A stretch of 64,000 bases of DNA from Kiritimatiellia bacterium. Its GTDB lineage: Bacteria; Verrucomicrobiota; Kiritimatiellia; RFP12; UBA1067. Numbering within the stretch: position 1 is the stretch's first letter; every line of letters begins with the position of its first letter. The stretch spans positions 1 to 64,000 of the forward strand of contig JBMNFY010000011.1 of the NCBI GenBank assembly GCA_050949565.1, in the 5' to 3' direction. Below, in pieces: positions 58,721-64,000 of the stretch. Both the position numbers and the translations under genes were made by a program. Under the pieces are notes generated by a model that worked only from the letters and a program-made list of their open reading frames with translations, was not told where the DNA came from and did not search any database.

Positions 58721-60103
58721 CTACACGGTATCGGGTATCTCGTAGCCGGACCGGTAGGATGCTTTGACCATAGCGGTAGCGGCGGGATTGTCGAAGGCGT
58801 TGGCTGCCGCGTCGTACTTCAGCGCCACATTCCCCAAGCGGTGGGCGATGTTGCCCATGTGGGCGACCATGTTGCTGGCATGGGCGACCGCGATGTCGGC
58901 GTTGGGTGCCTTGCGGCTCTTCACGCAGGCGATGAAGTTGCGGTAGTGCTCCAAATCGCCCGCCTGCCCGTGCATCTTTTCCACTACCTGACTGCTGCCC
59001 TTCTCCACCACAAATCCGCCGCCATGACGACCGAGGATCATCAGTTGCTTCTGTCCGTAGATCTCAATGCGCGTGGCGTTCTGCTTCCAGTCCGAAACCA
59101 GATGCTTCTTGCGCAGCACGTCGCTGCTCTTTTCCATGTAGGCGGGATATTGGCTCATGTCAAAGGTCATCGCGAACGTCGGAAACTCCCAAGCGACATT
59201 CAGGACATCGGGCACCTCGGAATCGTCCCCTTTGCGGGTGACAAACTGGCCGCCCAGCGCGCGCACGCTCGTGGGCAGGCCGGGGTCGCCCATCATCATC
59301 AGGGCCAGGTCGATCTGGTGGATACCGTCGTCGGTCATGTCGCCGCCGCAGTAGTCCCAGTAAAAATGCCAGCCGCCGCCACGCCAGATGCGCTGGTGAT
59401 AGGGCCGCAAGGCGGCGCGTCCCAGCCAGCGGTCCCAGTCGAAGCCTGCCGGTTGCTGGCCGGGGTCGCCCAGTTTGAAGGGCGAGCCGCTCTTGAGGTT
59501 GAAGACCTTGACCAGACCGATCTCGCCAAGCTGCCCGCTCTGCACAATCTCGCGCGCCCGAAGGTTGTACTCAGTCGAACGGTTCTGTGTGCCGACCTGC
59601 ACGACCCGCCGGTATTTGGCTGCGGCCTCGACCATCTTCCCGCTCTCCCACATGCAGAATGAATGCGGTTTCTCGACGTAGACATCCTTGCCGGCCTGAC
59701 ACGCCTGGATGGTCAGCGGTGCATGCCAGTTGTCGTGGGTTGCGACGATAACCGCGTCGATATCTTTAGCTTCCAGAATCTTGCGGTAGTCTTTCTCAAA
59801 GCGCGGTTTCTCCGTTTGCACCGGCTGAATGAATGTCCACATCTGATCCATGCGCTCATCGCTCAGATCAGAGATTGCCACGCAGTGGGCGCCGGCATCT
59901 TCAATCATCACGCGCAAGATGAAGCGACCGCGGCCGCCGCAACCGATAATTGCGACATTGACCCGTTCGTTCGCCCCGGCCACACGCTCCGCGCTCAACG
60001 CCTGCCACGCGCCGAGCCCCGCCGCCGCTGCGGACGCGCGCTTGATAAAGCCGCGCCGCGTGCTTGTCGCACCCTTCGTCAACAGTTCTGAATGGTCTTT
60101 CAT
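58721..60103 (-). CDS. Tat-exported Gfo/Idh/MocA oxidoreductase
   Basis: TRRGFIK, IIGCGGRG, GKDVYVEKP, QVGTQ.RS, DWD.WLG, D.GIH.ID. Confidence 0.93.
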   Translation of the reverse strand: MKDHSELLTKGATSTRRGFIKRASAAAAGLGAWQALSAERVAGANERVNVAIIGCGGRGRFILRVMIEDAGAHCVAISDLSDERMDQMWTFIQPVQTEKPRFEKDYRKILEAKDIDAVIVATHDNWHAPLTIQACQAGKDVYVEKPHSFCMWESGKMVEAAAKYRRVVQVGTQNRSTEYNLRAREIVQSGQLGEIGLVKVFNLKSGSPFKLGDPGQQPAGFDWDRWLGRAALRPYHQRIWRGGGWHFYWDYCGGDMTDDGIHQIDLALMMMGDPGLPTSVRALGGQFVTRKGDDSEVPDVLNVAWEFPTFAMTFDMSQYPAYMEKSSDVLRKKHLVSDWKQNATRIEIYGQKQLMILGRHGGGFVVEKGSSQVVEKMHGQAGDLEHYRNFIACVKSRKAPNADIAVAHASNMVAHMGNIAHRLGNVALKYDAAANAFDNPAATAMVKASYRSGYEIPDTV

Positions 60104-60105
60104 TC

Positions 60106-62307
60106 TTATTCCTCCTTTAACGGTTGAAGTGACGTCTCGCGGATGAAGATGTTGCGGAACTGCATAAGGGAGGGTGGGCTGTTCCAGACACCGTCCTGCA
60201 TGCTGCCGTGATGCTGTAGCGCGATCGGACCGCTTTCAGGCAGATTCGGGATGGCGACGCCAGGCAGGACGGCCTTGCCGTTGAGCAGCACGCGCACGGT
60301 GTTGCCGCGCATCGCGATCTCAAAGCGGTTCCATTTACCGACCGGATTGTCCGCCTTGAGCTTCGGCGTAACGCCAGCGCGCACCTCGGGCGGCATAGCG
60401 CGGTCAAGCCGCACTCCATACATTTCACCGGAGCCGATCGGCCAGCACCAGATGTTCACTTGGTATTTGCCGGAGCCGCGCAGAAAGACGCCGGAGTCCG
60501 AATCCGGAATCGCAAGCGCGATGACCTTGCCGTCCGGCCCTTTCTCATCGCTGCCGTCTGGCAGGATGGAGCGGGCATTGGGATTCGTGTAAGGCGTTTC
60601 CTTGATCCTCCAGTCAACGACCAAATCAAAGTCCTTAAACGCTTGCTGGCTCCACAGGTTCTTATCGCCCGCCGCTTCGCTGCGGGCATCGTAGTCGATC
60701 ACGCCATCGATCACCTTCCAGTGCCCGTTGTCGCCTTCGGGAACCTTCCAGCCACGCAGGTCAACGCCGTTGAACAGCGGCACAAAACCGTCGCCCTCGC
60801 GCGCGATCTCTTCGGGCTTGGGCTGAGTGGAGGGCAACTCTTTGATGCGGATGTTACGGAATTGGCATTCCGAGCCTTCGGACTCTAGCATGAGGTAGCC
60901 CTTGCGCGGCGAGGCCCCATAAGCGATGGTGACCTCTTTGCCGTTGACGCTGAGGCTGATGTCGCCGTTGATCGCCGCCACGCGGTAGTGGTTCCATTCC
61001 GGGGAAGGACGGGTACGCTCTTCAGCGGGGAAGCTGCGCTGACCGTTCGGCGAGATACGCCCGGCCACGGTCAGCTTCGCACCGTTGACGGCGAAAACAT
61101 CACCGTGTGTACTGTACCACTCATTCTTGCCCTTTACGTTGAATCCCGGATCAAGGACCTGTATCTCGATGCCGCGCGAGAAGGGCGAGCCGGCGACCGG
61201 CAGGGCATCGGCCCAGATGAAGAGACCGGAGTTGCCGCCTGACTTCATGTGTCGCCACTCGAAGTCGATGATAAAGTTCTCATACATTTTCTCGGTGCGC
61301 AGGGTGCCGATCGGATCACCGGTAGTGATGATCAGCCCATCGCGCACAAAAAATGTCTCCGGCGCGATGCTGCACGGCACCCAACCGGTGAGGTCGCGTC
61401 CGTTGAAGAGCGGCACGAAGCCGCTCTCCTCGCCTTTGAGCGGCACGCGCCACTGGCTACCGTCGTTGCGCTTCGCGCGCGCAGCCCATTCGGGCTTAGC
61501 TTGCTCGGGCGTCGCAGCCGGACGCGGCGTGTAGTAATCGTGCTGTTTGAGCGAGAAGACCGCCTCATCCGCTGAGAGGCGCACCAGAACATAGCCGATA
61601 TCGCCCCAGTGTCCGGTGGAGGGCAGGCACAGGGTCTGCACGCCGCTGGTCTCCTGCTGCAACCAATTGTGGTTGTGGCCGTACACATACCCCTTACAGG
61701 CGGGTGTAGCCGCGAGTAGCGTGGCGATGCCGGTCTCGTGAAGCGGATGGTGAGCACCAACGAAGACTGGTTTGCTGCGTCCGCTCAATACGGTCCGCAA
61801 CCAAGCGCGCTGCGCGTCGTCCAGACCGCCATGCACCGGGCCTTCGAGGCAGGAGTCCAACAGCACGAAATCGGCATGCGGCGTTTCAACCAACGACACC
61901 AGCCGATCCGGCACGAGTGACGCGGCGGCGCACTCCGGGAAAATGGCGAAGAACGGCGCGCGCCGGTCGTGGTTACCAAATGCGGCATGCCAGCGGACGC
62001 CAGCGTCGTCGAGCGGCTTGACCAGCGTCTTGAGCATGCGGTAGTCATTGGTGGCACCGCGATCGATCGAGAGGTCGCCATAGAACAGCACGTTGGCGGG
62101 ACGCGGGTTGAGCGCCAGCACCTCACGCACACAGCGCTCCAAACCCGCGCGCTGGTGCTGGTTTTTGTTGTCCATCGTCACATGTAAATCAGCGAAGAGC
62201 GCCACCAGATTCGGATCAAGCGGGATATCCGCGGCCAGCGCGGTAAGCGCGCCTAGCATAGCCAGTGCGACGGCCAGCAACCGGGTTTTCGACAACATCG
62301 TGTTCAT
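60106..62307 (-). CDS. Secreted metallophosphoesterase fused to two DUF1080 (3-keto-glycoside hydratase-like) domains
   Basis: ADLH, GD, GNHD, HHP, GHNH; then LFNG.DL.GW...NSG/DSG...EWN/KWN...G.(L/I).L twice. Confidence 0.88.
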   Translation of the reverse strand: MNTMLSKTRLLAVALAMLGALTALAADIPLDPNLVALFADLHVTMDNKNQHQRAGLERCVREVLALNPRPANVLFYGDLSIDRGATNDYRMLKTLVKPLDDAGVRWHAAFGNHDRRAPFFAIFPECAAASLVPDRLVSLVETPHADFVLLDSCLEGPVHGGLDDAQRAWLRTVLSGRSKPVFVGAHHPLHETGIATLLAATPACKGYVYGHNHNWLQQETSGVQTLCLPSTGHWGDIGYVLVRLSADEAVFSLKQHDYYTPRPAATPEQAKPEWAARAKRNDGSQWRVPLKGEESGFVPLFNGRDLTGWVPCSIAPETFFVRDGLIITTGDPIGTLRTEKMYENFIIDFEWRHMKSGGNSGLFIWADALPVAGSPFSRGIEIQVLDPGFNVKGKNEWYSTHGDVFAVNGAKLTVAGRISPNGQRSFPAEERTRPSPEWNHYRVAAINGDISLSVNGKEVTIAYGASPRKGYLMLESEGSECQFRNIRIKELPSTQPKPEEIAREGDGFVPLFNGVDLRGWKVPEGDNGHWKVIDGVIDYDARSEAAGDKNLWSQQAFKDFDLVVDWRIKETPYTNPNARSILPDGSDEKGPDGKVIALAIPDSDSGVFLRGSGKYQVNIWCWPIGSGEMYGVRLDRAMPPEVRAGVTPKLKADNPVGKWNRFEIAMRGNTVRVLLNGKAVLPGVAIPNLPESGPIALQHHGSMQDGVWNSPPSLMQFRNIFIRETSLQPLKEE

Positions 62308-62328
62308 CAAGGTTCTCCTTATTCGGTC

Positions 62329-62429
62329 GAGGTTCTTGCAAAACCCCTCGTGGCATGGGCGTCCCGCCCATGAAACACGGGCAAGATGCCCGTGCCACAC
62401 TTGTAGGCAAGGGGTTTTGCAAGACCCTC
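62329..62429. mobile_element. MITE-A copy
   Basis: TIRs GAGGTTCTTGCAAAACCCCT / AGGGGTTTTGCAAGACCCTC (19/20 match); GGTC duplicated on both sides. Confidence 0.9.
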
Positions 62430-62439
62430 GGTCATTTGG

Positions 62440-63549
62440 TCATTCGGTGCGGCGCGCGGCCAGCACCTCGTCATAAACAGCCAACGTTTTTTCCACCATC
62501 TGATCAAGTGAAAAACGCGCGAGCGCATCTTCGCGAAGCCCGGTCAGCGTGTGGCGCGAGGCTTCGACCAGCCGGTCGGCAAGTTGGGCGGCGTCGCCCG
62601 GCTCGACCAGCCAGCCGTTGACCCCTTCGCGCACGATGTCAAGCGCTCCGCCGAAACGGGTGGCAATCACCGGGCAGTCCATCGCCAGCGCCTCCGCCAT
62701 CGAGCGGCCAAAGGCTTCGGGTTTGGCTTGATTGCCCGACACCAAAACATGGGCGCAGGCGTAGATTTCGGCAACCTGGCTCTGGCTGCCGGCAAACACC
62801 ACATGCTCATCGAGCCCCAGACGGCGCACCTGCTCATGCAGAGATTGTGCATAGTCGGCGCGTGCGGGCTCGACGCCACCGACGATCACGGTCTTGATGG
62901 TCGGCAGGCGTTCACGCACCGCAGCCGTGGCGTCGATCAGCACGTCGTATCCTTTGAGCTGCGTGATACGACCGACACCCAACACCACAAAACGGCCCTC
63001 CAACTCGAAGCGACGCCGAAAGTCGGCCATGAACGCCGTGTCGGTCCGTGCCGGATCGAAACGTTGAGGATCGATGCCGCGCGGAATCAAGCGGAGTCGC
63101 TCGTCCGGCGTACCGTAGTGGGCGCGGACAAAATCAAGAACAGCGGTACTGGGGCAGATCACACGCTCGCCCATGGTCATAATACGGCTATAGGCGCTCA
63201 CGCTATTGAAGCCGTGTACGGTAGAGACCACGGGCAAGCGCAACGAACGGTTGGCCAGACGTACGAGCCAGCCCGGCACCCGGCTGCGGAAATGGATGAG
63301 ATCCGGTTGGATCGCCACCAGCGCGCGTCGCAACGCTGCGGCGCGCGCTAGGGCCGTAAGGGGATTCTTCGACTTGACCTCCAGCGTCACATGCCGACCG
63401 CCCTCACGCTCCACGGTCGATACCATCCTTCCGCCGCTCGAGATTACGGTACTGACGTGGCCGCGCCGGACGAACTCGCGATTAAGCTCGACCGTGCCGC
63501 GTTCCACGCCGCCCTCGTCAAGCGCCGGAAGGATCTGGAGAATATGCAT
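62440..63549 (-). CDS. Glycosyltransferase family 4
   Basis: LP.L..GGVERG, STVHG, IPRGID, VGRI..LKG, EAFG....EA.A...PVI. Confidence 0.95.
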   Translation of the reverse strand: MHILQILPALDEGGVERGTVELNREFVRRGHVSTVISSGGRMVSTVEREGGRHVTLEVKSKNPLTALARAAALRRALVAIQPDLIHFRSRVPGWLVRLANRSLRLPVVSTVHGFNSVSAYSRIMTMGERVICPSTAVLDFVRAHYGTPDERLRLIPRGIDPQRFDPARTDTAFMADFRRRFELEGRFVVLGVGRITQLKGYDVLIDATAAVRERLPTIKTVIVGGVEPARADYAQSLHEQVRRLGLDEHVVFAGSQSQVAEIYACAHVLVSGNQAKPEAFGRSMAEALAMDCPVIATRFGGALDIVREGVNGWLVEPGDAAQLADRLVEASRHTLTGLREDALARFSLDQMVEKTLAVYDEVLAARRTE

Positions 63550-63592
63550 GCAAGAACCCGCCGTTGCGGGGTTCTCGATCCAGCCGACGGAT

Positions 63593-64000
63593 CTATTTCA
63601 GATCGTTGAACATCTGAAACGCTTCGGCCGGTTTGAGCCCCTGGTGAACGACCGCCCCGACCGCCTGGATCATTGCCGCAGGCTTTTCCGACTGGAAGAC
63701 GTTGCGCCCCATATCCACACCGGCGGCACCGCTCTGGATCGCCCTGTAGGCCAAATCCAGCGCCTCCAGCTCGGGCAGCTTCTTGCCACCCGCGATCACG
63801 ATCGGCACCGGGCAGCAAGCCACGACTTTCTCAAAGCCTTCGGTGTAGTAGGTTTTCACGATGTTTGCGCCGTTCTCCGCGCACAGCCGCGAGGCCAGCC
63901 CGAAGTAACGCGCATCGCGCGCCATGTCCTTACCGACCGCCGTCACGCCCATCACCGGAATGCCATAGGCCTGACCCTCATCGACCGCCTGATAGAGGTT
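63593..64000 (-). CDS. lsrF: LsrF/DhnA-type class I aldolase/thiolase (3' part only)
   Basis: [38 protein letters not shown]. Confidence 0.85.
   Translation of the reverse strand, partial: NLYQAVDEGQAYGIPVMGVTAVGKDMARDARYFGLASRLCAENGANIVKTYYTEGFEKVVACCPVPIVIAGGKKLPELEALDLAYRAIQSGAAGVDMGRNVFQSEKPAAMIQAVGAVVHQGLKPAEAFQMFNDLK

Overview
GC-rich bacterial chromosome segment, most likely PVC superphylum (Kiritimatiellia/Verrucomicrobiota-like; inferred from the PEP-CTERM protein, the C-terminal motif types and the many secreted glycan enzymes). It mixes housekeeping genes (tRNA-Ser GCT, rpoZ, smpB, tatA, purD, purE, der, zupT) with sugar-catabolism clusters, large secreted CAZyme-like proteins, a PEP-CTERM/DUF2723-TPR surface-protein operon, and small defence-like inserts (NERD-Zn finger; AAA_21 + RloB). 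The most striking system is an aspS-gatC fusion followed by a GatA that has lost its whole glutaminase catalytic triad and a divergent GatB, a candidate covalently tethered, glutamine-independent transamidosome. Intergenic DNA is full of non-autonomous mobile DNA: a REP-carrying ~100-bp MITE with target-site duplications, a self-nested ~300-bp MITE, and stacked 6-9-bp periodic repeat modules. Four single-base frameshifts (gatB twice, a kinase, an ABC transporter) may be assembly errors. All family calls come from motif recognition by eye; no searches were run.
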